The position numbers and the translations under genes are program-made. 64,000 nucleotides of DNA from an uncultured Gemmatimonadales bacterium (GTDB lineage Bacteria > Gemmatimonadota > Gemmatimonadetes > Gemmatimonadales > GWC2-71-9), in NCBI GenBank assembly GCA_963821525.1, contig CAWGED010000019.1, positions 652,449-716,448 on the forward strand, read 5' to 3'. Positions 41,334 to 51,092 of the stretch are shown here, piece by piece. Position 1 is the first letter of the stretch; every line of letters begins with the position of its first letter. Below the pieces are notes generated by a model, which was not told the DNA's origin, ran no database searches, and saw only the letters and a list, made by a program, of their open reading frames with translations.

Positions 41334-43159
41334 TACTCGACCGTCACACTCTTCGCCAGGTTCCTCGGCTGGTCCACGTTGCAGCCGCGGCGGAGCGCCA
41401 CGTAGTACGAGAAGAGCTGCAGCGGGACGATCGCGAGGATCGGCGTGAGCAGATCGATCGTCTCCGGGATGGTGAAGGTTGCGGTGGCGAGACGGCTGAT
41501 CTGGTCGTCCCCGTCGTTCTTGATGGCGATGACCTGGCCGCCGCGAGCCCGGACTTCCTCGACGTTGGAAATGATCTTGCCGTGCACCGCGTCGCGCGGC
41601 GCGATGAACACGACCGGCATGTTCTCGTCGATCAGCGCGATGGGTCCGTGCTTCATCTCCGCCGCCGGGTACCCCTCGGCGTGGATGTAGGAGATTTCCT
41701 TGAGCTTGAGGGCACCCTCGAGCGCCACCGGGAAATTGACTCCCCGTCCCAGGTAGAGCGCGTTGTTGGTGCGCCAGAACCGCTCGGCGAGCGCTTCGAC
41801 TTCGTCCGACCGATCCAGGATCGTCTGCACCTGCTCCGGCAGAGCCCGCAGCGCCTGGATGATCTGCCGGCCCTGCAGAATGCTCAGGTTGCGGAGCCGG
41901 GCGAAGCGCAGCGTGATCAGAGAGAGCGCGATCACCTGGCTGCTGAACGCCTTGGTGCTCGCGACACCCACCTCGGGACCGGCGTGCAGATAGATACCGC
42001 CGTCCACTTCGCGGGCGATGGTCGAACCCACCACGTTCACGACTCCGATGGTCCGGGCGCCGCGACGCTTGGCTTCGCGGATGGCGGCGAGCGTGTCCGC
42101 CGTCTCACCCGACTGCGAGATCCCGATGACCAGGGTGTGATCGTCCACCACCGGATTCCGGTAACGGAACTCGGAGGCGTATTCCACTTCGACCGGAATG
42201 CGGGCCAGCTCCTCCAGCATGTACTCGCCAATCAGGCCGGCGTGCCACGAAGTGCCGCAGGCGGTGATGACGATCCGGTTGATCCGCTTGATGTCGTCGT
42301 CGGTGAGGTTGAGGCCCGAGACCCGTGACGTCCCCTCTTCCTCGAGCAAGTGACCCCGCATCGTGTTCCGAACGGTGTCGGGCTGCTCGAAGATCTCCTT
42401 CAGCATGAAATGGGAATACCCGCCACGTTCGATGGTGGCGATGTCCCACTCGATGCGGTTGACCGTCTTCTCGATTCGGGTCGCGGCCAGGTCCCGCACG
42501 TGATAGCCCTTCCGGTTCAGCACCACCATCTCGCCGTCATCGAGATAGACGACCGAGCGGGTGTGGGCCAGGATGGCGGAAGCATCGGAGGCGACGAACC
42601 ACTCGTTCTCTCCCACTCCAACCAGGAGGGGAGATCCCTTCCGGGCGGCGACCAGGACGTCGGGCTCTTCGGAGCAGATCACCGCGATGCCGTAGGCGCC
42701 GTCGACTTCTCTCAGCGCCTGGGCTACGGCTTCCTCGATGTTGCCGTTGTAGCACTCGCCAACCAGGTGGGCGAGCACTTCGGTATCGGTTTCGGACTTG
42801 AAGGTGTGACCGCGCTGCTCGAGCGCCCGGCGGATGGCGCCGGAGTTCTCGATGATCCCGTTATGGATCAGCGCGATGCGGCCGGTCTGGTCGGTGTGAG
42901 GATGCGCGTTCGGCGTGGTCGGAGCACCATGCGTCGCCCAACGAGTGTGGCCGATGCCGAGGCTTCCCTTCGGCATGGCTCCTTCGAGCTGCTTCTCGAG
43001 TGCGGAGAGTTTCCCGGCCTGCTTCATGACCGTGAGGCCGGCCCCGTTCACCACCGCGATTCCTGAAGAGTCGTACCCGCGGTACTCCAGCCTTCTCAGC
43101 CCCTCCAGCAACAGGCCCGCAGCCTGGCGGGGGCCCACATATCCCACAATGCCACACAT
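41333..43159 (-). CDS. glmS: glutamine--fructose-6-phosphate aminotransferase
   Basis: The ATG at 43159 gives MCGIVGYVG (N-terminal nucleophile Cys). SIS domains. C-terminal ...NLAKSVTVE. Confidence 0.93.
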   Translation of the reverse strand: MCGIVGYVGPRQAAGLLLEGLRRLEYRGYDSSGIAVVNGAGLTVMKQAGKLSALEKQLEGAMPKGSLGIGHTRWATHGAPTTPNAHPHTDQTGRIALIHNGIIENSGAIRRALEQRGHTFKSETDTEVLAHLVGECYNGNIEEAVAQALREVDGAYGIAVICSEEPDVLVAARKGSPLLVGVGENEWFVASDASAILAHTRSVVYLDDGEMVVLNRKGYHVRDLAATRIEKTVNRIEWDIATIERGGYSHFMLKEIFEQPDTVRNTMRGHLLEEEGTSRVSGLNLTDDDIKRINRIVITACGTSWHAGLIGEYMLEELARIPVEVEYASEFRYRNPVVDDHTLVIGISQSGETADTLAAIREAKRRGARTIGVVNVVGSTIAREVDGGIYLHAGPEVGVASTKAFSSQVIALSLITLRFARLRNLSILQGRQIIQALRALPEQVQTILDRSDEVEALAERFWRTNNALYLGRGVNFPVALEGALKLKEISYIHAEGYPAAEMKHGPIALIDENMPVVFIAPRDAVHGKIISNVEEVRARGGQVIAIKNDGDDQISRLATATFTIPETIDLLTPILAIVPLQLFSYYVALRRGCNVDQPRNLAKSVTVE

Positions 43160-43173
43160 CCTGAGGAGCCTCG

Positions 43174-44553
43174 CTATACCATGAGTTCGCGGCAAGCCGA
43201 CACCAGTTGTTCGGCTGCTTCGGCGGTTGGCGCTTCGGCGATGAACCGCACGATCGGCTCAGTTCCCGAAGGCCGAATGTGTACCCATCGGTCCTCCCAC
43301 GCGAGCCGCAGTCCATCGCGAGTGTCCGCTACCGCATCACTGAATCGCGCGGTCAGCTTCGCGTACACGGGAGCCAAGTCCTTGCCCCGCTGTCCCTTAG
43401 CCTTAACTATCCGGTACTGCGGCTGCCCGGCGACCAACCGGGAAACAGCCTGCCCGGATCGGGCGAGCAGGTGCAAAATTAGCGCCACACCCACTGGTGC
43501 GTCACGCCCAATGTGGAGTGCGGGCAGAATCACACCACCGTTGCCTTCACCCCCGATTACCGCCCCCTCATCCCGAATCGCGCGAGCGACGTTCGCCTCA
43601 CCCACTGCGGCGCGGACGAAACGGGCGCCACACATCCGGGCGGCATCCTCGACCACAAGACTGGTGGAGAGGTTGGCGACGACCACCGGCGGACCGGCGG
43701 ACCGGCGGACCGGCGGAACAGCGGACCCATCGAGAACAGAGCGCACCGCGAACGCCAAGGTGTAGTCCTCGCCGATCGGACGCCCCGTTTCATCCACCAG
43801 GGCCAGTCGGTCTACATCGGGATCCACCGCCAGACCAATCACCGCACCGCTCTCGCGAACCAGCCGGGAAAGCTCGCCCAGATTCTCGGGGAGTGGCTCG
43901 GGCGCCCGGGGAAATTTTCCGTCGGTCTCCAGATTGATTCCGGAGACTCGACATCCCAGCCGCTCCAACAGCTGGGGAATCGTGGTTCCACCAGCGCCGC
44001 GAACACAATCGAGCGCCACGGTGAACTTTTTCGCCCGGATCGCTTCGACATCCAGACCGGGAAGCGCCAAGACCTGTTCGAGATGCCGCTTGATAGCATC
44101 ACGATCTTCGCGATACTGGCCAACTCCCTCCCATCCGGTGCGAGCCGGCCCCTGTTCGGCGAGGGCGCGGACCGCATTGCCGGCGGCGCCGTCGAGGAAG
44201 ATCCCGTCGGGACCGACGAACTTGAGGGCGTTCCACTCGATCGGGTTGTGACTCGCGGTGAGAATGAGCCCGGCCCCGGCGTGGTGATGCTCGACCGCGA
44301 GCTGCACGGTGGGCGTCGGTACTACGCCGACATCGATGACCTCGACGCCCACCGACATGAGGCCCGCCGTGGCGGCTCGGGCGTACATCGGCCCGCTGGT
44401 GCGCGCATCCCGCCCCAGGACGACGACCGGCTTGCCGTTCTGCCGGGCCCAGTCACCAAGGGCCGCGGCATGGCGCGCGACGAGTTCGGGTGTCAGGTCC
44501 TTGCCGACAATGCCACGCATGCCGGAAACGCTGATCATCAATGTGTCGGACAT
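43174..44553 (-). CDS. glmM: phosphoglucosamine mutase / phosphohexomutase family
   Basis: SGMRGIVG and the TASHNP phosphoserine loop. Lies directly upstream of glmS. Confidence 0.85.
   Translation of the reverse strand: MSDTLMISVSGMRGIVGKDLTPELVARHAAALGDWARQNGKPVVVLGRDARTSGPMYARAATAGLMSVGVEVIDVGVVPTPTVQLAVEHHHAGAGLILTASHNPIEWNALKFVGPDGIFLDGAAGNAVRALAEQGPARTGWEGVGQYREDRDAIKRHLEQVLALPGLDVEAIRAKKFTVALDCVRGAGGTTIPQLLERLGCRVSGINLETDGKFPRAPEPLPENLGELSRLVRESGAVIGLAVDPDVDRLALVDETGRPIGEDYTLAFAVRSVLDGSAVPPVRRSAGPPVVVANLSTSLVVEDAARMCGARFVRAAVGEANVARAIRDEGAVIGGEGNGGVILPALHIGRDAPVGVALILHLLARSGQAVSRLVAGQPQYRIVKAKGQRGKDLAPVYAKLTARFSDAVADTRDGLRLAWEDRWVHIRPSGTEPIVRFIAEAPTAEAAEQLVSACRELMV
43685..43724. repeat. 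octanucleotide tandem array ACCGGCGG x4 (+1 degenerate) inside glmM
   Basis: ACCGGCGG occurs at 43685, 43693, 43701 and 43709, followed by AACAGCGG. It encodes AVPPVRRSAGPPV on the minus strand. Confidence 0.85.
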
Positions 44554-44716
44554 GGGCGGAAAGGTAGGAGGGGCGGCGGAGTGACGGTATGGTGCTAAGG
44601 TGGTATGGCTGGAGGGCGGACAGGGCGGACAGGCGGCAAGCGGACGGCGTAAGTCGCGGCTGCAAGTCCCTCACTACCACCATCCCGCCCTCCCGCCGTC
44701 CGCCCTACCGCCTACC
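44554..44716. repeat. junction element E11 (GGCGGAC type, G-rich/C-rich arms)
   Basis: The left arm includes GGAGGGCGGACAGGGCGGACAGGCGGCAAGCGGACGGCG. The right arm is CCCTCACTACCACCATCCCGCCCTCCCGCCGTCCGCCCTACCGCCTACC. It runs from the glmM start codon to the stop of the next gene. Confidence 0.7.
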
Positions 44717-45822
44717 TACACGTCTATGGGCAACGCTGCCGGATCAGGAAACGCGTTAATGAACGCCTCGACAACCGCGGGATCGAATTGGGTGCCGGAG
44801 CAGGTCCGGAGCTCGGTGTAGGCATCAGCAGGATTTCGCGAGGCCCGGTAGGCCCGGTTGGTAGTCATGGCGTCGAACGCGTCCACCACTCCAACGATGC
44901 GGGACTCGATCGGGATGAGGTCTCCCTTGAGCCCGTCGGGGAATCCTTTGCCATCCATCCGCTCGTGGTGGGAGCGCACGATCCGCAGTACCACGCCCTT
45001 TTCCCGCGCCAGCGGCGCCAGGATCTTCTCGCCGAGGAGTGTGTGCTCGGTGATGTGCTGGAATTCGTCGGGAGTGAGCGGACCGGGTTTGTTGAGCACC
45101 GCTTCGCGGGTACCGATTTTCCCGATGTCGTGCAGCTCCGCCCCCAGGCGAATGTGCTCCAGCATTTCACCCGTGTAGCCGAGACGCAGTGCGGTCTTCA
45201 CGGCATAGCGGCTGACCCGGCGAGAATGGCCCTGGGTGTAGGCGTCCTTCGCTTCGAGAGCGTGAGCCAGCGTCTGCACCGCCTCGAGGAACAGCTCGCT
45301 GATCCGGGTGGCCTGGCTCCGTACCCGCCGCTCGAGATTCTTCTGGTAGAACCGCCGCTGGAGCAGCAGCTCACGCTTCTCGAGAGCCTTGAGCACCCGG
45401 GCCCGAACCTCCTCCAGCATCGCCGGCTTCTGGAGGTAATCGAGCGCCCCTTTTTCCAGACACGCGACCGCGGTCTTCACCTCGGCGACGCCGGAGAGCA
45501 TGATGATCGCCGTGTCGGGATAGCGCGCGAGGACTCCCTCCAATAGGCCCAGCCCGTCCATTCCCGGCATGTTGATGTCGGAGATGACCAGCGGGACCTC
45601 ACCTTCACTTTCGAGCAGGGCCAGAGCCTCCTCACCGTTCCCCGCTTCGAGGCAGGTGAAGCCGAGGCTCTGAATCATGCGGACCATGGTGCTGCGCACC
45701 TTGAGGTCGTCGTCGGCCACGAGCGCGCGGGGTGCAAGCACCCTGGGCTCCGGGGGCGTGACTCCCCGCAAATGCGCCCTGAACCCTCTAGCGGGCGATC
45801 GATCCACCGGTTTCTCTTTCAC
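44716..45822 (-). CDS. response regulator with HD-GYP phosphodiesterase domain
   Basis: Receiver motif: LVADDDLKV...VISDINMPGMDG. HD-GYP motifs: HDIGKIG ... HHERMDGKGFPDGL. Confidence 0.85.
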   Translation of the reverse strand: MKEKPVDRSPARGFRAHLRGVTPPEPRVLAPRALVADDDLKVRSTMVRMIQSLGFTCLEAGNGEEALALLESEGEVPLVISDINMPGMDGLGLLEGVLARYPDTAIIMLSGVAEVKTAVACLEKGALDYLQKPAMLEEVRARVLKALEKRELLLQRRFYQKNLERRVRSQATRISELFLEAVQTLAHALEAKDAYTQGHSRRVSRYAVKTALRLGYTGEMLEHIRLGAELHDIGKIGTREAVLNKPGPLTPDEFQHITEHTLLGEKILAPLAREKGVVLRIVRSHHERMDGKGFPDGLKGDLIPIESRIVGVVDAFDAMTTNRAYRASRNPADAYTELRTCSGTQFDPAVVEAFINAFPDPAALPIDV

Positions 45823-45876
45823 CTTGCCGCGCTTTGTTCAGGGCCATTAGGTTCCCGCCACCCTTTCTCCTCGGCA

Positions 45877-47040
45877 ATGACCAGGATTCGCTCGAACGAT
45901 CTGGATCGGGGTTTCTCCACCCGTGCAGTGCACGCCGGCCAGCAGGAAGATCCGCTGGCCGGGGCCGTGATGACACCAATCTACCAGACCAGTACCTATG
46001 TCCAAGAGGGTCTGGGGCGCCATAAGGGCTACGAGTACGCCCGCACCCAGAACCCCACCCGCGAGGCGCTGGAGCGCAATGTCGCGAGCCTGGAGGGCGG
46101 GCAATACGGCTTCGCGTTCGGCTCCGGTCTCGCCGCGACCGACACGGTACTCAAGCTGCTTTCCGCCGGAGACCACGTCGTCTGCGGCGAGAACGTCTAC
46201 GGCGGAACCCACCGGCTGATGGAACGGGTCTACGCCCGGTTGGGACTCACCTTCACGTTCGTGGATTCGCGCGACATCCGGAATATCGAGCGGGCCGTAA
46301 CACCCGCGACCCGGATGATCTACTGCGAGACGCCCACCAATCCGATGATGCACCTCACGGATCTCGCCGCGGTGGGCGATCTCACTCAGGCGCGCGGGCT
46401 GCTCCTCACCGTCGACAATACCTTCGCGACACCGTTCTTCCAGCGGCCGCTCTCATCGGGCGCGGACATCGTCATTCATTCGACGACGAAGTACCTGAAC
46501 GGCCACAGCGACATGGTGGGCGGTGTCGTCATCACGTCTCGCGACGACCTCGCGGAGCGGATCGGCTTTCTTCAGAACGGAGCAGGCGCGGTTCCCGGTC
46601 CCATGGATTGCTGGCTCGCGCTGCGCGGCATCAAGACGCTGCCGCTCCGCATGCGCCGGCACGACGAAAATGGGCGCCGGATAGCGCAGTGGCTCAGCCA
46701 ACATCGTGCCATCACCAGGATTTACTACCCCGGCCTGCCGTCTCATCCCCAGCACGACCTGGCCTGCCGGCAGATGAGCGGCTTCGGCGGGATGATCTCG
46801 ATCGACCTGGGCGACCCGGAGAAGGCCCGGCGCATGGCCGAGCGCACGAAAATCTTCGCGCTCGCCGAGTCCCTGGGCGGAGTGGAAAGCCTGATCGGTC
46901 ATCCCGCGTCAATGACACACGCGTCAGTTCCGGTGGCGATGCGTCAGGCGATGGGCCTCACCGACAGCTTGATTCGCCTGAGCTGCGGGATCGAGGATGC
47001 CGACGACCTGATGGCCGATCTGGAGCAGGCCCTGGGATAG
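45877..47040 (+). CDS. Cys/Met-metabolism PLP-dependent enzyme (cystathionine gamma-synthase / lyase family)
   Basis: TRAVHAGQ...TPIYQTSTY and HSTTKYLNGHSD (PLP lysine). Confidence 0.85.
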   Translation: MTRIRSNDLDRGFSTRAVHAGQQEDPLAGAVMTPIYQTSTYVQEGLGRHKGYEYARTQNPTREALERNVASLEGGQYGFAFGSGLAATDTVLKLLSAGDHVVCGENVYGGTHRLMERVYARLGLTFTFVDSRDIRNIERAVTPATRMIYCETPTNPMMHLTDLAAVGDLTQARGLLLTVDNTFATPFFQRPLSSGADIVIHSTTKYLNGHSDMVGGVVITSRDDLAERIGFLQNGAGAVPGPMDCWLALRGIKTLPLRMRRHDENGRRIAQWLSQHRAITRIYYPGLPSHPQHDLACRQMSGFGGMISIDLGDPEKARRMAERTKIFALAESLGGVESLIGHPASMTHASVPVAMRQAMGLTDSLIRLSCGIEDADDLMADLEQALG

Positions 47041-47119
47041 AACCGTCGTTCCGTATCAGAATGAAACGAAGTAGAATTCCCGACGTAGGGTCGCTCTCCT
47101 CACCACGGACGAGCCGTCT

Positions 47120-48136
47120 ATGAGCACCTCGGTTCCAAGCACCCGGCCGCGGCGTACCCTGCCCCAGATCGCCGCCGTTTCCTGGGAGCACCCTGCCGAT
47201 CGCGCCGCCCTTCAGGCGATGCGGGCGATTCCCGGCTTCGACGAAGCGGTCCGCAAGATCGTGGCGATCCTGGGCGGAGAGCGGGGTATTCGCCTCCTCT
47301 TCCAGGCCAACGCCGTGAAGGCCGGGCCCTCTCAATTTCCCACGCTCTACAGCACTCATGTCGAGGTGTGCACCACCTTCGACTGGCCCAAGGTCCCCGA
47401 GCTTTTCGTTACCCAGACTCCGATCTTCAACGCCGGAGCGTACGGCGTGGACGATCCCTTCATCGTCCTGCACTCCGCCGCGCTGGAGATGCTCGACGAC
47501 GAGGAGATGCGAGCGCTCATCGCGCACGAGATGGGACACGTGATCAGCGGCCATGCGCTCTATCGCACCATCGCCGAGATCCTGCTGCTGGTGAGTTTCT
47601 CGGCACTGCCCATTCTCGCGGGAATCGCGCTCCTTCCGATCCGCCTCGCCCTGCTGGAATGGATGCGGAAGTCGGAGCTCTCGAGCGATCGTGCCGGCCT
47701 GCTGGGGAGCCAGGATCCGCTCGCGTCGCAGCGGCTCTTCATGAAGATGTCGGGCGGGGTGCGGCCGCCGAACGTGGTGGGTCAGCTCAACCTCGACGCT
47801 TTCATGGCCCAGGCGCAGGAATACTCCCAGAGCAACGAGGGTCTCGATGTGATCTACAAGATCCTCAATACCCTGGCACTGACCCATCCGATGCACACCG
47901 TGCGCGCCGGGGAGCTGCAGCAATGGATGGCCACCGGGGAGTACGACCGGATTCTTCGGGGCGAGTACACCAAGCGCGGGCCGGAGACTGCCTCGCGGCC
48001 GCTCCGGGATGACTTCGCCGAGGCGGGAAGTCACTATGCCCGGGAGACCCGGGAGACGCTGGATCACGTTGTCGACGCCGCCAAGAAGGCAGCGAGCCGG
48101 ATGGGAGACGCCTTCCGGAAAGCGCAGGAGAAATGA
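47120..48136 (+). CDS. M48-family zinc metallopeptidase
   Basis: The HEMGHVISGH HExxH motif is followed by hydrophobic helices and a downstream SELSSDR glutamate. Confidence 0.8.
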   Translation: MSTSVPSTRPRRTLPQIAAVSWEHPADRAALQAMRAIPGFDEAVRKIVAILGGERGIRLLFQANAVKAGPSQFPTLYSTHVEVCTTFDWPKVPELFVTQTPIFNAGAYGVDDPFIVLHSAALEMLDDEEMRALIAHEMGHVISGHALYRTIAEILLLVSFSALPILAGIALLPIRLALLEWMRKSELSSDRAGLLGSQDPLASQRLFMKMSGGVRPPNVVGQLNLDAFMAQAQEYSQSNEGLDVIYKILNTLALTHPMHTVRAGELQQWMATGEYDRILRGEYTKRGPETASRPLRDDFAEAGSHYARETRETLDHVVDAAKKAASRMGDAFRKAQEK

Positions 48137-49420
48137 GAGTACTGGTCGTCGGAGGTGGAGGACGGGAACACGCGCTTTGCTGGGCGCTTCGTCACGACCT
48201 TCCCTCAGCCGACATCTATTGTGCGCCGGGGAATCCCGGCACCGCGGAAATCGCCACCAATCTCGAAATCTCCGCCACCGACATCGATCGCCTCGCCGAT
48301 GCGGCGGACGCCTACGGCGTCGATCTCACCGTCATAGGACCCGAGCAGCCCCTCGCGCTGGGACTCGCCGACCGGCTGCGGGCCGAGGGTCGTTCGGTGT
48401 TCGGACCCGGAGCTGCCGGGGCGGCGATCGAAGCATCGAAGGCCTTCGCGAAGGAAGTGATGAAGAAGGCGGGCGTCCCCACCGCGGCGAGCCGGTCGTT
48501 CGATCGCCTGGACGAGGCGCTTCAGTACGTGGACAGTCACGCCGAACCGCTGGTGGTGAAAGCCTCGGGTCTCGCGGGTGGCAAGGGTGCCGTGGTGTGC
48601 GCGACTCGCGCGGATGCGCGCAGCGCGGTTCGCACCATGCTGGGAGAAGGTCGATTCGGCTTGGCCGGCCGGGTCGTCGTCATCGAAGAGTTCATGGAAG
48701 GCGAGGAACTGTCGCTGCTCGCGATCACCGATGGACACGCGAGTCGAGCTGCTTCCAGCGGCGCAGGATCACAAGCGGTTGGGCGAGGGAGATGACGGAC
48801 CCAACACCGGCGGTATGGGTGCCTACAGCCCGGTCTCCATCGGCACTCCCGCTCTCCTCGAGCGGGTGCAGCATGAAGTCCTGCTCCCGACGCTTCAGCA
48901 ACTTGCCCGTGAAGGGGCACCTTTCTCCGGGGTGCTCTACGCCGGCCTGATGATCGGACCCGACGGCAGCCCTCGCGTCGTCGAGTTCAATTGCCGGTTC
49001 GGAGACCCCGAGGCGCAGGTCATTCTCCCTCTACTCGCCGGCGGCCTCGCGGAGTGCATGGCCAGTGTGGCGCGGGGGCAGGCGCCGACTGCGTTGTCGC
49101 TCGAGCCTGGACTCTTTGCCGTCACGACGGTCCTCGCCGCTCGCGGCTACCCGGATGTTCCAGTGAAGGGAGCGGAAATCACCATTCCCGAATCGCTTCC
49201 TTCGGAGGTAACCGTTTTTCATGCCGGCACCGCGCGTGATGAAGACGGCACTCTGCGAGTGGCGGGAGGTCGAGTGCTGAATGTGACCGCCGTCGCCTCG
49301 AGCTTCGAAGAGGCCCAGGCGAAGAGCAGAGAAGCGGCCGAAGCAATTCAGTTCGATGGGAAAGTCTTCCGCAGAGACATCGGCTGGAGGGAGGCGGCGC
49401 GACTGACTTCCCGCGTGTGA
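48133..49420 (+). pseudogene. purD: phosphoribosylamine--glycine ligase PurD, frame-disrupted as sequenced near 48735-48742
   Basis: MRVLVVGGGGREHALCWAL...EELSLLAITDG is in one frame. TRVELLPAAQDHKRLGEGDDGPNTGGMGAYSP...EFNCRFGDPE is in the next. Confidence 0.88.
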
Positions 49421-49533
49421 CGCAGATCCTGCCTTAATCGTCTTTCATCGGTTGTTATTTCGAACTTACCTGCAGTTGTAGGCGGAATTCCTACACGCCG
49501 ACGCCCTCCCCGAGTGTGACGCAGATCCTGCCT
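49415..49533 (+). repeat. 20-nt perfect direct repeat pair flanking a 79-nt lower-GC insert
   Basis: GTGTGACGCAGATCCTGCCT occurs at 49415-49434, overlapping the purD stop, and again at 49514-49533. The insert contains the hairpin TGTAGG-cggaatt-CCTACA. Confidence 0.8.
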
Positions 49534-49605
49534 CAGTTCGTACCTTCCTGTGTCATTATTTCGGCGTCGCCTGCTCTGGCAGGCGGGAATTCTTACGGAG
49601 GATGT

Positions 49606-50028
49606 ATGTTTTCATCGCGCAGTCGCAGGATCTCGGCCCTCCTCTCACTGTCCCTCGTGGGGCTGGCGGGCATGGCATGTGGTAGTTCGACAAGTTACGG
49701 CGGCGGTGGTGGTGGTGGAAGTAACTTCCCGACTCCCACCGGCGCACAGGTGATCATGGTGCACGGTGCGCAGACCAAGAACAACACGGCGTTCAGCCCG
49801 AACCCGTTCACGGTTTCGTTGAACGGCGCGGCTTCGGTCAGCGTCGAATTCGGCAATGACGACAATGTGACCCATACGGTCACCGAAAGCGTCGCGAACC
49901 CGACCTTCAACAGCGGCAATCTGGCCAAGGGGACGACGTTCACCCACAACTTCACAACGGCCGGCACGTACAACTACCACTGCAGCATCCACCCGAACAT
50001 GGTGGGAACGATTCAGGTAAACCCGTAG
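49606..50028 (+). CDS. cupredoxin (amicyanin/plastocyanin-like blue copper protein), lipoprotein
   Basis: Lipobox LAGMAC. Gly-rich tether. Copper ligand pattern HTVTE ... YHCSIHPNM (C-x2-H-x2-M). Confidence 0.85.
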   Translation: MFSSRSRRISALLSLSLVGLAGMACGSSTSYGGGGGGGSNFPTPTGAQVIMVHGAQTKNNTAFSPNPFTVSLNGAASVSVEFGNDDNVTHTVTESVANPTFNSGNLAKGTTFTHNFTTAGTYNYHCSIHPNMVGTIQVNP

Positions 50029-50054
50029 CACCGGTTTGCCGGAGCTTTCGAGCG

Positions 50055-50081
50055 GGGCGCCCTTGCCGGCGCCCTTTTTTT
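50055..50081 (+). terminator. rho-independent terminator after cupredoxin
   Basis: GGGCGCC-cttgcc-GGCGCCC followed by seven T. Confidence 0.85.
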
Positions 50082-50120
50082 CTCCACCTTCAACCTCTCC
50101 AGGACTCCAGAGAGGCCACC

Positions 50121-50663
50121 GTGCCGGAAACACCCCTCGCAGGGTGGGAAAGCTTCTACGTCATTCTCGGCTCGTCGGCCGCCGCGCTGACCGGGCTCCA
50201 GTTCGTCGTCATGGCGCTGGTGGCTGATGTGCCTCGGGCGGGCTCGATCCACGACATCGCGACCTACGGAACCCCCTCGGTGGTGCATTTCTGCTCCGCG
50301 CTGCTCGTCTCGGCCATTCTGAGCGCGCCCTGGCCTGATCTCGAGGCAGTCCATATCCCGCTGGTTCTCACGGCGGCCGCAGGGCTCGTCTACATGGTGG
50401 TCGTCATTCGGCGAGCGCGCTCGCGGGGCCAGTACCAGCCAGTGCTGGAGGACTGGATCTGGCACACCATGCTCCCCTTCACAGGGTACGCCGTCCTCTG
50501 CGGCGCTGCTCTGAAGCTGCAGACTCACCCCACCGGCGCACTCTTCCTGATCGGCGGCGCGACGCTCCTGCTTGTGTTCATCGGGATTCACAACGCGTGG
50601 GACACGGTAGTCTGGATCGCGACCCAGGGGACCCAGCGGAACAAGGCGGAGAGCAAGGAGTAG
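50121..50663 (+). CDS. hypothetical polytopic membrane protein
   Basis: GTG start. Five hydrophobic segments. No recognisable motif. Confidence 0.55.
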   Translation: MPETPLAGWESFYVILGSSAAALTGLQFVVMALVADVPRAGSIHDIATYGTPSVVHFCSALLVSAILSAPWPDLEAVHIPLVLTAAAGLVYMVVVIRRARSRGQYQPVLEDWIWHTMLPFTGYAVLCGAALKLQTHPTGALFLIGGATLLLVFIGIHNAWDTVVWIATQGTQRNKAESKE

Positions 50664-51092
50664 CTACTGCGGTTCCTCGGCGGGCAGGTTGCCAAGGGCG
50701 GCAGGGACGGCTCGTTGGATGGCCGCGAGGAGCTGGTCGCCGGCGATCGGCTTATGCAGATAGCCGCTCACTCCGGAGGCTCTGTAGCGCGCTTCGACTT
50801 CGGGGGCATCGTCAGCGGTGTAGATGAGGGTGGGCACCAGCACCCCGCTTTCCACCAGATGCTGGTGCACCTCCAGCCCCGTCATCTGCGGCATGTGCGC
50901 GTCGAGCAGCAGGCAGTCGGGGGGATCTCCTCCCACCGCCAGCGAGTCGATGAACTCCGGGCCGGAAGCGTAGACCGTCGCCTTCAGCCCCAGCGACTCG
51001 CAGAGCCGTCGCAGGCCCACCCGAACCGATGCCTCGTCCTCGACGATCGCGACTGCGATCGGATGACCGGATCTCGAATCCTCGAGAGGCAT
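50664..51092 (-). CDS. single-domain response regulator
   Basis: AIVEDEASVR...LLLDAHMPQMTG...HKP. ATGA overlap with the upstream kinase. Confidence 0.85.
   Translation of the reverse strand: MPLEDSRSGHPIAVAIVEDEASVRVGLRRLCESLGLKATVYASGPEFIDSLAVGGDPPDCLLLDAHMPQMTGLEVHQHLVESGVLVPTLIYTADDAPEVEARYRASGVSGYLHKPIAGDQLLAAIQRAVPAALGNLPAEEPQ

Noticed and set aside
43160-43173. glmS ribozyme or another leader element upstream of glmS
   Set aside because: Only 14 nt separate the glmM stop from the glmS start, so there is no room for a structured leader. The genes appear to be co-transcribed.
45780-45876. SAM riboswitch upstream of the Cys/Met PLP enzyme gene
   Set aside because: I could not find the conserved SAM-I/SAM-II core sequences or a convincing multi-stem fold in the ~55-nt leader.
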